The notes below the pieces were generated by a model that worked only from the letters and a program-made list of their open reading frames with translations, made no database searches and was not told the DNA's origin. This document shows positions 22,122 to 34,925 of a stretch of DNA of 64,000 bases, one piece after another. The position numbers were made by a program, and so were the translations under genes. How positions within the stretch are numbered: position 1 is the stretch's first letter; every line of letters begins with the position of its first letter. Source of the DNA: Octopus sinensis (Eukaryota); the NCBI RefSeq assembly GCF_006345805.1, contig NC_042999.1, positions 108,934,001 through 108,998,000 on the forward strand, in the 5' to 3' direction.

Positions 22122-22739
22122 ATATATATATTATGTGTATATATATGTAAATGTATGTGTATGTATATGCCAATCCTATCTGTGGTATGTAGGCAGAGAT
22201 AACTGTCACTGTTAAGTTGCATATAACTAGTCTCATTGCACACCTTGTCTACCTCAGTTACTTTATCCATTTCTCAACTAACAGTATGCCTACTCCAGTC
22301 CTGATCTCCCTATTACTCATTCAAAACAATTTCTGTTCTTGCTTGTCTGTGAGGAGTTTTGGTTGAGGATCTTTCTATCTTACCTCTTGTACACAGCACT
22401 CATCCACTTGTTTCTGCTCCAGTATTTCCACAATCTCACTAGACCTACCCTTCATCATGCCTGTATTTCTGGCTGTGGCACTAAAGTTATGGAATTTACA
22501 GGAAGTGGGCGATGAGTGTATCTCTCTAGTGGAAAGACTGTTTGTTTTTGGTTCATTGCTGCTTGAAGATATCTGTACCTGTGAAGAATAAGAAAAGTTA
22601 TGTTTTGGTTTGCTAGCAGTTGTGCTTTGGCAGATTTATGCACATTATCATATTTGTCCTTTCATTTAATTTGCTATCATTCAATCGTTTATTCCTTTTA
22701 GAACACTTGTTGCATATTCTAAAATAAGTGCTGCTTGCA

Positions 22740-23050
22740 ACTGTTATCATCAGCATTATTGTTTAACATCTGCTTTCCACATTGGCATGTGTTTGATGGT
22801 TTAACAGGAGCTGGCCTGCTGGAGAGCTGTCCAGACTCAAATTGTTTGTTTTGGCATGGTTTTTACAGCTGGATCCACTTTCTAACTACCAACCACTTTA
22901 CAGAGTATGCTTGGTGCTTTTTACATGCCACTAACATGGGTGTGTATGTATAGCACCAGCACAAGTGCATCATATGTGACACTGGCACCTACAAAACAAA
23001 GACCTCTCAGCTGGGACAGGGAGTGGAGGCATGGCCATAAAGGACATGCC
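22740..23050 (-). mobile_element. family D RTE 3' UTR-derived repeat
   Basis: Homologous to 19690-19860 and 60781-61000. Confidence 0.7.
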
Positions 23051-23910
23051 TGTATGTATGGATGGCTGAAGTAAGTATTCCTAATATCATTAGCATTACT
23101 GATGTTATGCATATTTGCTTTGATGTCTTATTCATTTTGCAACCTTTGGCAGAATGTTGATAGGAGACAGGGAAGTGGTACCCGGTACACAAAGAATATA
23201 ATATATAGGAGAAACAGTTACAGAAGTGGGAGGTTGAGGATTTTATGTATCAGGGAGAGAAAAAGGAAGATTTTAAGTATGGTAGAGGGGGTGGGATTGC
23301 TGAGTGTATCATGCATAAGTGAGCCCCAAACTTTCATGACAGAAAAAAATATAGATTATGGGGTAACTTTAAAATAGTGAATGGATGTGACAAAATTAAA
23401 GATATGAAAACCATAAAATGATGCCTTCTTATCTTAGCAAGTACATAGATGAGTGTGTGTGTGTGTGATTAACTTGCTGTTAACTTTTATTTGAGCTTTT
23501 CACTGGGTTTGTAAAAACTCAGGTTAGTAAACGTAATAAATGTTTTTATGTCTATAGAAAAATATTTGTCATGATTTCTTCCATTAAACTCTTTCAACAT
23601 ACAAAGTATTCTTTCTATAAATAACAACTTCAAACATCAATTTTACTTCTCATTTTAAGATGATGCAAGTTTTACTAAGAATTCAGTCTCACTGATAACT
23701 GCTTTATGCATGTACATAGAGAGCTAATGCCATGCAACACGTGCACACATGCACACATACATACACACACATGCACATGCATGCAAGCGCACCCCCACAC
23801 ACTTAAACTTTAGTAATAGTGGGATACTAACTTGATGATTTAATCCATGTTGAACATTTCTGATAAACTGATTAATAAACTATCATGGTATTATTACAAT
23901 TAAATTACAG

Positions 23911-24014
23911 GGTATTTTTAAATATGGTGAATTTGCTGAATTTATATTTTTGACATGTGAAAAGTTCAAACTTTCTGATGAAGTTCGTTATCTTGCAGTA
24001 GAATTATTTGACAG
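23911..24014 (+). CDS. CNTD1: CNTD1 coding exon 2 (GIFKYGEFAEFIFLTCEKFKLSDEVRYLAVELFDR)
   Basis: ttacag| ... |gtatgt, phase 0 to 2. Aligns with the CNTD1 cyclin-box start (EFVFLLSE...SYQAVEILER in human, from memory). Confidence 0.92.
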
Positions 24015-24385
24015 GTATGTTTATTATATTATTGACTTTTTATTCTTGATACAATGGTAGAATGGCAGGAATGATAGAATGCTAGACTAAATGCCTTAGA
24101 GTTTAATCATATTTAAAGTAGTGAGCGTTAAAAAGCTAATTAAAAATAACTATGTAACAAGAACATTACTTTGCTCTCCAAGTTAAGACACCCAGTGGAG
24201 TCATATTTCTCCAGTCATGTACAAGGATCAGCTCAATTGATGATCCTCCATGTCAAAGAATCTGTGAACTTATAATCAATGTGCAAAAACATTATTTATT
24301 GAACACTAAATAATTGTCAAATATGCAAATCATGTTTTGATTGAAGAAATTATTTCTAGTTATGTATGCTGTTTATATTGGTCAG

Positions 24386-24607
24386 ATTGGTGTCCTCATC
24401 TTGATTCTTGCTCTCACTAGATTTTGACTGAAGTACACTCCAGATTTCTTCAGGTATCTTGTGTTGAATTCATTTGTTGTATCAAGATTTTTTGAATCTA
24501 TAACTTGGTTGTTGTATTAGAATTTTGAGCACAAGACACCTGAAGAAGTCTGGGGCATACAAAAGCCAAAATGTAGTGAAAGCAACAATCAAGATGAGGA
24601 TACCAAT
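24386..24607. mobile_element. inverted pair of decayed Penelope-type pLTR ends with dead hammerheads
   Basis: Two arms homologous to 61460-61600, each with CUGAAGA but CGAAACG decayed to CAAAATG or CAAAATC. Confidence 0.7.
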
Positions 24608-24852
24608 CCAACTGATATAAATGATATACATAATATAAGTTCCTTATTTCAGATATATAGAATTGTATTATTTTTAGTTATCTATATTCTACATCATGAT
24701 TTGTGAATGATAGCTTTGTTGGTTAGAATACAGATTTCCAGTTGACTAATCACTGGTTTGCAACACTGATAAGGGATTATCACTTGATAATTTGATTTCT
24801 TGCTAATGTTTTTAATTTACTGATATACATTGGTGAAAGGTATACACATATA

Positions 24853-25280
24853 TGGGTGCAGGTGTAGCTGTCTGGTAAGATGCTTGCTTCCCAACCACAT
24901 GGCTCTGAGTTCAGTCCCACTGCATAGCACCTGGGGCAAAGTGTCTTCTACTATAGCCTTGAGCTGTCCAAAGCCTTGTGAATGGATTTGGCAGGCGGAA
25001 ACTAAAAAAAGCCCATTTATATATAAATCTATATATAAATATCTATGCCTGTGTGTCGTTGTATCAGTGTTTGTCTCCCACTACCACTTGACAAATGGTG
25101 TTGGTTTGTTTACATCCCTGTTACTTAGCAGTTCAGCAAAAACGACCAATAAAATAAGTACCAAGCTTAAGTTAAAAAAAGTGCTGGGGTCAATTCATTT
25201 GATAAAAAAAATCTTCAAGGCAGTGCTCCAGCATGGTCGCAGTTTAATGACTGAAACAAGTAAAAAGATAAAAGATAAAA
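24853..25280 (+). mobile_element. SINE family A, full length
   Basis: Homologous to 15908-16303. Confidence 0.88.
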
Positions 25281-25639
25281 GATACATGCATGTGTGCATG
25301 CATACACACACACAAACACACACACACTCACACACACACATGGTGGTTGTCTGCTCCTTGCAGATCTTGACTTCTTGTTGCTATAATTGATCTTTCCTAG
25401 AGTGAGGTCTTAGATGACATTCTAACCCTGCAACAATGTTTCATTTCAGTATTTGCCCCATTTTATGCTTGTTTATTATGAATGTTCAATTGTTGCTTCA
25501 ATTCTCTATGTGATTTGCAGGTTTTTTTGACAGAGATTGCATCGAAACTAGTCATCTGGAATGAAATTCCAATAGTTCATGTATGTCTCACCAACGTGGT
25601 CATGCTGGTGTGATCTCATACTAGCATGTGATATCCTTT

Positions 25640-25743
25640 TATTCTTTCACTTGTTTCAGTCATTTGACTGCAGCCATGCTGGAGCACTAAACAAATCGAC
25701 CCCAGGACAGCTATGGGGATGTAAACACACTACCATATACACT

Positions 25744-25774
<31 letters not shown>

Positions 25775-25940
25775 CTATATATATATGATGGTCTTCTTTC
25801 AGTTTCCGCCTACCAAATCCACTCACACGGCTTTGGTCAGCTTGAGGCTATAGTAGAAGACTCTTGCTCAAGGTGCCACGCAGTGGGACTGAACCCAGAA
25901 CCATGTGGTTGAGAAGCAAGCTTCTTACCAGACAGCCACT
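25640..25940 (-). mobile_element. SINE family A, internally deleted
   Basis: The tail (25641-25688) and head (25787-25939) are both present on the minus strand. Confidence 0.85.
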
Positions 25941-26771
25941 TCTGTATCTATACATACTTTTGTGTGTAAGGAACATTTAAAGAAGCAATGAGAATTTCTT
26001 GCTTATGTACCCCCCCCCCCCCACACACACACACAGCAGGTCTCCACACAGTTTTTATCTACTAATTTCCATTTATCCAGTACTGGTCAACCCCAAGATT
26101 TCATTGAAGACACTTACACATAGTGCTGGACAGTGGGATTGGACCTGAAACCATTTGGTTGTGGAGCTTACTTCTAAATGTATGCTATGTTTGCACTCAT
26201 ACAAAAATAAAAGTTATAAAGGGCTTTTTTAAAAAATTTATGTTTGAATTGCATGACTATGATTGTTAAATTCCTTGCTCAGAAGAGAACTATAATACAA
26301 TTAGAAATATACAAACCTATGAGCCAATTTTATTTATTTTTTTGTTTTGTTAGAAGAGTCCATGGTTCCATACAGCCTTTAGTTCTAATGAAATAGAAAA
26401 TGGTTTACCTCAAAAGTTTAGCAAAAAATGTAGGTTAGATTTCTTTCTAACAACACAAAAACATTAGAAGCTTGATATTTACTGAGAAGACAAGGGAGAA
26501 TTTGGCTGGAGGGGCAGGCAAGATTGAGTAGTGTGTATAGAAGGAATAGAGGAAATATAGCATAAAGCAAGTTGACTATAGGCTAATACTACAATGGTAG
26601 AAGATAAATCAGGTGAAGGAGAATAATGTTGTTTATAATGAAGAGCTTGTCTGTCCTGTTTTGTATGCAGTCAGTCACTTCTTTGGTAAAAATGTTTCAT
26701 TCTCTTTGATAAGGTAGTAGTAATATACAGGAGACTTTGTAATTAATGGTAATAATGATGATGAGGGTGAT

Positions 26772-27170
26772 TTAGGCATGAGGCCGGCAATTTTGAGATT
26801 GAGAGGAGGAACTAGATATTACCATCAATCCCAAGTACATAAAATACCAGTTAAGCATTAAGTACAAGGGTTAATGGTATGGACTTAACCCTCACCACTC
26901 AAAATTGCTGGCCTCATGCCTAAATTCAAAATGATTATAATTATTGTTGTTGTTTGGATTGGCAGAGTCATTAGAGCATAGGAAGAAATACCGTGCAGTA
27001 TTTATTTTGACACTCTCTGTTCTCGGTTCAAACCCCACTGAGGCTATCATTGCCTTTCTTTCTACTGGGCTCAATGAAATGAAGTATCAGTCAGGTATTA
27101 AGGTGTGATTTAATCAACTAGCAGCTCCTTCTAAGTTTCAGGCCTTGTACTTGAATTAGAAATGATTATT
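26772..27170. mobile_element. cluster of decayed family B SINE pieces
   Basis: An inverted 3' end at about 26772-26852, a forward 3' end at about 26870-26935 and a forward copy at about 26968-27170. Confidence 0.65.
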
Positions 27171-27404
27171 AACAACAACAGCAACAACAATAATTATTGT
27201 GCAAACAAAAATTATACTTTTAATAGGTGTGCAATAACTGTAAAGCATCACTAAAAAAAAATGTAATAAGAAGACTTTTTAAATGTTATCACAAATATTT
27301 CTGATATTAAATATATATTGTTTGTATTTGATGATGATATATAGTTTGGTTTTCTTACATGAAAATGTAAATACCTTAAAAGAAGCCAATAATCACCATT
27401 CCAG

Positions 27405-27570
27405 ATTTATGAATAAACACACTGAAGAACTTTATCAGCATATTCTTACTTCAATAAAGAACAAAAAGAAAAAATATTGGCATATTGTTCAAGAACGAAT
27501 GCAGAAACAAATCCTACTGAGAATATCGTCCTGCTGTCAAATAGCTAGTAAATTAACATCACACTACAAA
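27405..27570 (+). CDS. CNTD1: CNTD1 coding exon 3 (FMNKHTEELYQ...KQILLRISSCCQIASKLTSHYK)
   Basis: ttccag| ... |gtaaga, phase 2 to 0. Carries the LR.xSC.QxASKL motif characteristic of CNTD1. Confidence 0.93.
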
Positions 27571-28573
27571 GTAAGATTGGTAATTAAAGTTTTAAATTTC
27601 TACAGATTCTTATGCATATTGGCTTAATTCTCTTTTATGAATTTAAAAAAATTCTTCGTATAGTTAGTTTCACACCTGGGACAAAGTTTTGGTCATTTCT
27701 GGTAGCCAGAATATGACAATTATCTGTATTACTTTTTCTTTCTTGTAGACAAACTGTAGCCATTGTTTATATATTAAATATATACTGCTTTTGAGATCGA
27801 AATTTTTTATTGAATTGCATTGATCAGTTCAAACAATTAAGTTCAGTCTTCATGGCTAACTTATATAGAAATAAACTCTGTTTATACAAATATTTTATAA
27901 AGTTTACGATGTCCCAATGCCAACCTTATAATTTAAAATATAATGAACTTGGCTGTGGCTTGGATAATGAGGTAATCTCGCCAAATGGGTCCTGGATAAT
28001 ATATATAGAAGTATATAAGTTCAACATGTCACAGAATCACTAAACAACTGGTTAGAATCATAAAGAAATATTCACCAGAAAGATATATACTCATCAGGCA
28101 TGTTCATAGAAATTTTGTAAGAAACTGATGAAGGCCCACATAATATTTATTGTTTTGTTATATAAATTGTAATTAAATAATGTTATTTACATGCATGTGA
28201 AAAAAATACTTCATGTACCTACATTCATATCCACTAATTGTGAACTATGTAAACCTGTATTCTTCATTCAGTTTTACTCTAATATTAAAAAGCAATATTA
28301 ATTTAAAAACTATATGTTGTTAATAATTATCATCATGGATTAGTAGAACTATTAATGTTGAACAAAATACCTTGTGGTGTTTAGTTATGGCTTTTTATTT
28401 TCTGAGTTCATATCCCACTGAAGTGAACTTTGTATTTCATTCTTTTGGGTTTCAGAAATGAATACTAAGCCAAAAACTGGGGTTGGTTTAATCAGCTGTA
28501 CCTTCATATAATATGTAATCATGGCTATGTGCCATTATTTGAAAATCAATAGTTATTATCATCAAACAAATTA

Positions 28574-29060
28574 CACTGTGTAACAAGAGTTTTATTTTCT
28601 TGTCTTTGGTCAGTAACTGTTATTTCCTATTTGCTTTTATCTAGAAATCAAAGAAAATGATTTTTATTCCCTTCAAATTTTGTCTTCGTGACCTGGACAT
28701 AAATGTTTTGAAACTGACCTATTTTCCATTACATTTCAGACAGATTCAGCACTGAGTTGCTGAAGCAGAAATATTGCTATAGCAAATATTCTGCTCAATA
28801 CCACAGATGTTTTTTCAGTTGCTTGACCATAACCACTTGAGCACATCTCTTAGTGGCTGACAATATATGTGTCTCTGATCATGAGCTGGAGTAGTGGGGT
28901 TGTATCATAGCCATGTTTTGAGAAAGATTCTTTAGGGTTTGAATAAATGTAACAAAAGCAAAGTTTGAAGGAAATATTAGCCATTTTTCATTCTTTCTAG
29001 GGGGTATGCAAATAGGAAATAACAGTTGCTACCCAGGGACAAAAATCATGTTACACAGTG
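28574..29060. mobile_element. MITE with long TIRs (copy 2)
   Basis: CACTGTGTAAC ... GTTACACAGTG termini flanked by tta on both sides (a TA TSD with one mutation is also possible). Confidence 0.85.
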
Positions 29061-29129
29061 TTATGTAATAATGTTTCTATTGGTATCTGTTATGAAATAA
29101 ATCTACATATATGATTATTGTTACCTTAG

Positions 29130-29292
29130 GTCATAATAAATTCACAAATTAGGAACTTCTTATCAGAATTTGACCTGAATTACAGTACAGAAAGTATTTT
29201 ACAATCTGAAATACGTGTTCTTAAAACATTAAATTATGAAGTCTCCACTGCATCCCCAGTAACATCTTTAGAAATCATCTTGGAAATCTTAG
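29130..29292 (+). CDS. CNTD1: CNTD1 coding exon 4 (VIINSQIRNFL...SILQSEIRVLKTLNYEVSTASPVTSLEIILEILG)
   Basis: ccttag| ... |gtgagt, phase 0 to 1. Contains the cyclin helix-5 motif (SE..VLK.L.Y....P). Confidence 0.93.
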
Positions 29293-29440
29293 GTGAGTTA
29301 TATTCAGTATGTATCACAGTATTTATTTAAAATATAGTAATTTACATTCTAGTAGACAACCAATTGAAAAGTCAGCAATTTGTGTCTACTTATATCCAGT
29401 CATCAGTGCTGTGTTGTATCTGTAGTTATTAATTACCAAG

Positions 29441-29645
29441 TCGGCAAGCTGGCAGGCTCATTAACACACTGGACACCATTTCATCTGTTTTAATGTTCTG
29501 AATTCAACTTCTACTAAAGTCAACTTAGCTCTTCATCCTTTTGGGTTTGCTAAAGTTAGTATCAGTTGAATACTGGGGTTGATGTAATTGACTTAACCCC
29601 CTCCCTTGAACTTACTGGCCTTATGCCAAAATTTGAAATCATTAA
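29441..29645 (+). mobile_element. SINE family B
   Basis: Homologous to 4778-4975 and 40183-40411. Confidence 0.8.
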
Positions 29646-30386
29646 TTATAAAGTCCTTGTGGTTCTATGTAGATTGTACATTTAACCTAATGTCCAATAT
29701 AATGCCACTATCTGACCCTTCAACACCCTTTTGTGGCATCTAATTTGCTGGAAGTATCTAGACCTAGACCGATGCATAAAGAAAAAGAAGAAAAAATAAT
29801 AGGCCACCCTAATGTATTGTTAGTTACCATGCAGCTCATGAGTCATTTTCTTCCTCCCTTTTCTCCTGAGAATTTATCACTGTAACCCAGCTCTTGTTGT
29901 TTGATAAATAAATCTTATTGTATTTACTTATATATTTATCTACATAGGTTATATCTCATTTGGTGTGCAATGGCATTGTTGGTTACATTTTTCCAAATGA
30001 ACTAATCACTGGTCCATTGCATTTCTGACAAAAGTGATAAAGAAGTGTCTTTGCAACTAGTGCGGAACAAATATAATACCATGAATATGCACAATCCATA
30101 CACAGGCACACATGCACACACATATACATACCCATATAATGAGGTTTTGCACAGTTTTCACTGCCAAATTTCACTCACAAGGCATTTATCAATGCAAGAC
30201 TGTGTCAGAGAATACAAGTTGTCATAACTATTGTTAAATAAACTATTAACAATATAGAAAAGAATATTAGAATGTAAGTCATTTTTTAATGCTATTCACA
30301 TTATATATTACAATTTATTTTTTCTTGTAATCTGAAGTTATTATAAATACTAAGATTTTTTTACACTTTTTTCTTTTATTCATAAG

Positions 30387-30531
30387 GTTTTGAATTTCCA
30401 GATTTAGATATAAAAATTCTTCATATGATATCTGTAAAAATAATGGATCTTGTGTATTTAGAACACAAAACTGCTTATCATCAGCTGTTTAAAAGAGTAA
30501 CTGGTCAACAACATTTCACTGAATCAGAAAG
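30387..30531 (+). CDS. CNTD1: CNTD1 coding exon 5 (FEFPDLDIKILHMISVKIMDLVYLEHKTAYHQLFKRVTGQQHFTESER)
   Basis: cataag| ... |gtaaat, phase 1 to 2, with the DLVYL motif. An in-frame alternative acceptor lies at 30401. Confidence 0.9.
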
Positions 30532-30594
30532 GTAAATTACTACATATATATTTATATATATATATTTATTACCTTACATCCATTTTTTTCTTAA

Positions 30595-30790
30595 TACTTG
30601 CTTGGGTTGGACAGTTCTTCTCCAACACAGCATCTTGCCACTTGTGTTCTTTATCTCCTTCACGAAGTCCATCTTCTTGAGATCAATCTTCACAGTTCTA
30701 CCTATGCTTTTCTCAGTCTTCCTTTTCTACATGTTCCTTCCACTTAGGTTACTTGGCACATATCTCTGTTTAATTGTGATAATTCAGTTT
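30595..30790 (-). mobile_element. RTE LINE 3' fragment
   Basis: Minus translation VEGTCRKGRLRKA*..VKIDLKKM.. matches the RTE C-terminal motif. Confidence 0.65.
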
Positions 30791-31429
30791 CTGAACATAT
30801 TTGGTAATCTTTGAGTTTTCTCTGTGAGTTCTTTATCTATTACTATAAATTGTTTTTATTAATATAAATTCATCAAAACTGATCAAATGTTTCCTGTTTT
30901 GTTTTTAACATAATAGTTTCAGATTTTAAAGTCATTGTATGCATGAACTTTGTGGTAAAATATTTTCAGGAAAAAAGTTCATTGGCTTAAGGTTATAGTT
31001 GGTCTCTGTCCAAAGATGGTATCTTGTGTATAATCTGGTCAAGTAGTAAGGTATCAGGTACTGTTGAGTGTTTTAGAGTGCTATTTTGTTGATTTAGTGT
31101 ATCGATGTAAAAACATAAGGTTTCTTTAAATTAATACCTCGTAAGAGTGCATATTTTATCCTTACGAAGTTCTACTCAAAATATTTATATATGTATTTCT
31201 AAAGATATTTGTTGGTAATAGAGTGCAGTATTAAAAAGCAGATTTATTATTCTCATGTAAATATAAAATTAATTCATTGCAACAGAGCTGATGCATATTT
31301 ATAATTTAAAACTTTAAAGGAACAAAAATTGCTGACCTTCTTTTAGTATCTATTTTCAAATATCTGGCTAATAACACCTGAGTTGTTTTCTCTCCTTTCA
31401 TAATCAGAATGTAATAAAGTTTAATTTAT

Positions 31430-32215
31430 TTATATTTGATTCAGTTGTAACAAAATTCAGGCAGTCCTCAAAACAATTGCATAATGTATCTTCAACATTT
31501 TTGCCCAGTTCATCAATTTTTCATATTTTTGTAGTATTTGTTCCAAGGTATTTCATTGATTATGTCAGGCACTGGCTTGTACAGCGTAAGTATATAGAAC
31601 CCCACTAGCAACTGCAAGGATTGATTCTTTGTGGTTTTCTGGATTTGGCAATCAATAGTGATATTATGTAAGAGGTACATAAACGATAATTTTCTTGCAT
31701 TAATGTTGATGAAAACATATTAGGCAATTTTAACCATTTGCAAACCGGTTTCAAAATACTTTAAAATTAAAATAAATCATTATTTGTCTTATTGGATGAA
31801 TTTCTTCAAGTGCTTTTTTAATCTTGAAGGTTTCATATTGGAAAACACTTTTTGACAAATCAGACAAATTGGTAATAGATTTTGGTAATGGAATAAAACT
31901 ATATCTTTAAATATTCAATACTTTTCTGCTGGCATTTCTTCTTTGCTTTTGCCACGGTTATATCTATAAAAAATTATATCATCATCAATATAATCTTTTT
32001 TATACTATTCTTTAAATAAGATCATACTATCACTGTTAGTGCAGGTGACAGTTTTACAAGCAACTATGAATGTGTATTCTCTGCTCCATTCCTCCCTCAC
32101 TACCACTTGCCTTCCAATGTCCTATACCATGCTTTTGCCTACCAGTACCTCTTTTGAGGCTTTCATAATTCCTAACTGAATAGTAGGATCCCTTGGGGAA
32201 TCATTGGTCTAGACT
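31430..32215 (-). mobile_element. decayed hAT (Charlie/Buster-type) transposon 5' part
   Basis: Minus strand AKAKKKCQQKSIEYLK...C..C...FSN.MKPSRLKKHLKK...SYIISLLIAKS.KP... (BED finger and dimerisation region, frameshifted). A probable terminus lies near TCTAGA at about 32208. Confidence 0.8.
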
Positions 32216-32310
32216 GTTCATTGTTTTATTTTATCATTTATTATATTGTTATTTTTTTATTTTTAAAAATATATTGCTTCCTAAGAAACATGCATATATC
32301 TTATTTTCAG

Positions 32311-32407
32311 AGAAAAATTTTTATCGGTTACAAATAATAAGATGTTCTTAGTAGTCAGCCTTATAGCAGCAGCTACATATATAATTGATAAAACATCTAC
32401 TGATAAG
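32311..32407 (+). CDS. CNTD1: CNTD1 coding exon 6 (EKFLSVTNNKMFLVVSLIAAATYIIDKTSTDK)
   Basis: ttttcag| ... |gttagt, phase 2 to 0. Matches EKF.SV..D.MLL..GIIAA of CNTD1. Confidence 0.92.
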
Positions 32408-33151
32408 GTTAGTTTAAATACCTTTATTTATGAATGCATACATCATACATATAAGACAGCTTATTTAATACTTGATGTTTGGTGTAATCTTTGTGTTCAG
32501 TATTATGATGGATGATGAAAAAAATTTGGTTTGACTTTTGAAAGCTGATTGGGCCATAAATAAGTTGACAAAATTCTATGCAGCTAGCAAATTTAACAGC
32601 TGAAGAATGGATTTATCACTACATTCTATTTTTTTTTTATCCTCTTATTTTTGAAGTCCAAAGTCTAAAAGTTCATTTGTTGTTGAATTACCCCTTTTCC
32701 TCTGGTTTCATTCAAAGGATCTAAAATTAAATAGCTGCAATTAAATTGCTTATCATTAGTTGGGACCACAATATACCAGTAGCTAGCAAGATATTTCTAT
32801 GCTTAGTCTGCATGTGTGTGTGTGTGTGTAGAAAATAGATAAGAATTCAGTTATAGCCCAAATTAGAGATGTGGGTGTGTTAGGTGTATTAAGTGTTATA
32901 ATGCACCTTTGTAAGTCATTGTATGAACTATCTAGATCTAATCAGTAAAAGTTAGGTATTGGTTATCTTCATGTTGGCTAATTATTGGTTAATGTTGGAC
33001 TGCTCTTATGTTAAAATCAGTGCTGATTAAGTATTGATTAGTGTTGAGCTGCACTTACATTTCAGTCAGTGTCAGTTGTTGTATATAAGATGGACAACTG
33101 TTGTTCTTGATGTGTTAAATATATAGAAGGAGAACGCTTCTAATTTTGTAG

Positions 33152-33274
33152 CTGAAGACAACCAAGACAAAATTAAATAAAATAGGTGACTGTGGTAAAG
33201 ATGATTTGAGAGAAGCAGTTTTCAGAAAACCATTCCTACAAGTATGGAAAAAAAATAGTAGAAAACAGTATTAA
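33152..33274 (+). CDS. candidate CNTD1 terminal exon (LKTTKTKLNKIGDCGKDDLREAVFRKPFLQVWKKNSRKQY*)
   Basis: Acceptor ttctaattttgtag, phase 0, open to TAA, with AATAAA near 33667. Similarity to known CNTD1 C-termini is only weak spacing (L..I.......L.E). Confidence 0.3.
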   Translation: MKTTKTKLNKIGDCGKDDLREAVFRKPFLQVWKKNSRKQY

Positions 33275-34643
33275 AGACTTATTGCGCTATTAACTTCATT
33301 TAAGCATTTTGTGTGACACTAGATTTTGATAAGTATAATCACATAATCTTCAGGTGGCATGTTTTTTGTACATTTGGAATGTAGAGTTAGGATTACTGCC
33401 ATGTATTTCAAAGTTTATAATTGAGTTTTAATTATTTTATCCACTATGTTAATGTTATAGAAGGTGTTCTAATCTACTATGGTATTGTTTTAATGATAGT
33501 CGGAGACAATACTGATTAAAATACTGTGCAACTTTAAAAAAGGAAACAAAAACAAAAAGAGCATACAAATGCAAATATAGTCAAATTTTATTACTCAAAT
33601 AATAATTTCTCTCAGAAAATATAAAAATGTCTGAAAAATATGCATGGGAATTGGAAATGAGTGTATAATAAAGATAAAATAAAGTTAAATATGTGTGAGA
33701 TATCATTTAATGAATTTGGGGTTTAACTTAGCTATAATCTATTCCTTACTTGAAAAAGGAGTTTGTAAACATGTCACGCTATTTTGGAAAGGCAACAATT
33801 GAGTTCATTACGGTTGGAAATAACACTTCTGTCAGGTTGTCAGTATGTGTGATAGTGACATAAGGAGCTAGACATAGTGATTAATGAGCAAAGAAAAATA
33901 TATATAGAAGGAAAATTAACTGCAGGATAAAATAGAAAAATGAAAAAAATTTTGATAAATCAGTAGTTAAAAAAAACAAAACAAAAGAAGAAAAAAAAAA
34001 CAAAAAAAAACATCCTCATTTTTCTGAAAGTTTGAAATGTATTGAGATGATGAGAAGTAGGGAATATTGAAGAAGCAGCAGTAAGGAATGTATTGAGTGA
34101 ATTAGTATCAATTACTTACATTTTAGGTGTTTGGGAAATAATGTCTGTAATCTATGTGTAAAGGTTCCTAATATAAAATGATTGATCAATAAACATTATT
34201 GGTAAATATCTTGGTGACATTAAAAATTGCATAATGATGAAAATTCATGGTAAATTCATGCAAAGAAATTTTGTTAATCTGATTGCAAATATGTTTCGTG
34301 TATATATAAAAAGTGAATTTTATAAAGTATGTAATAGAACTTATGTTCTGAGATGTAATAAACCTCAAATAATAAATAAGGAATCTATAATAGTAAACAT
34401 ATTTGAATATGCATAATGTCAGTTTTTGAAAGGAATGAACAGATTCAGTTGAATAACCCTCAGTGTATTACTGGTACATATTTTATTGACTTTGGAATAT
34501 GAAATTCAGGATAAGGAGATATCAAATTGTTCACTGTGCCTTTATTATTGGTCAGCATACTTCAGCAAATAATTTGTATCCTGAAGTTATAAACAAGAGC
34601 CACAATCTCTTGTTAAATTCATTAGTCTAATGTGTTTTTATAC

Positions 34644-34925
34644 ATGATGAAATGATTGTATACAGTGCTCAGGTGCATTACAATTTATCAGAAAAGTAGC
34701 CAAAAGTGCATAAACACGACATAAAATAATGCACAGGGAGGGAACAGTGAATGAGTTATTAAAACACACACACACACAAAAGAGGGGGAATCAGATTCAC
34801 TGTTGGTGAATTTCAGAAAGCATGAAAGTTTCGAAGACTAGTGTCCCAACAACCAACTACTGATGCAGGTAGTTTTTCCATGATTTAGCAATTCTGAGCA
34901 TGAAGAATACTATCTTACAATCATT
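34644..34925 (-). mobile_element. CR1/L2-group LINE 3' end, decayed
   Basis: Homologous to 3415-3700, with CpG positions converted to TG/CA. Confidence 0.8.
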
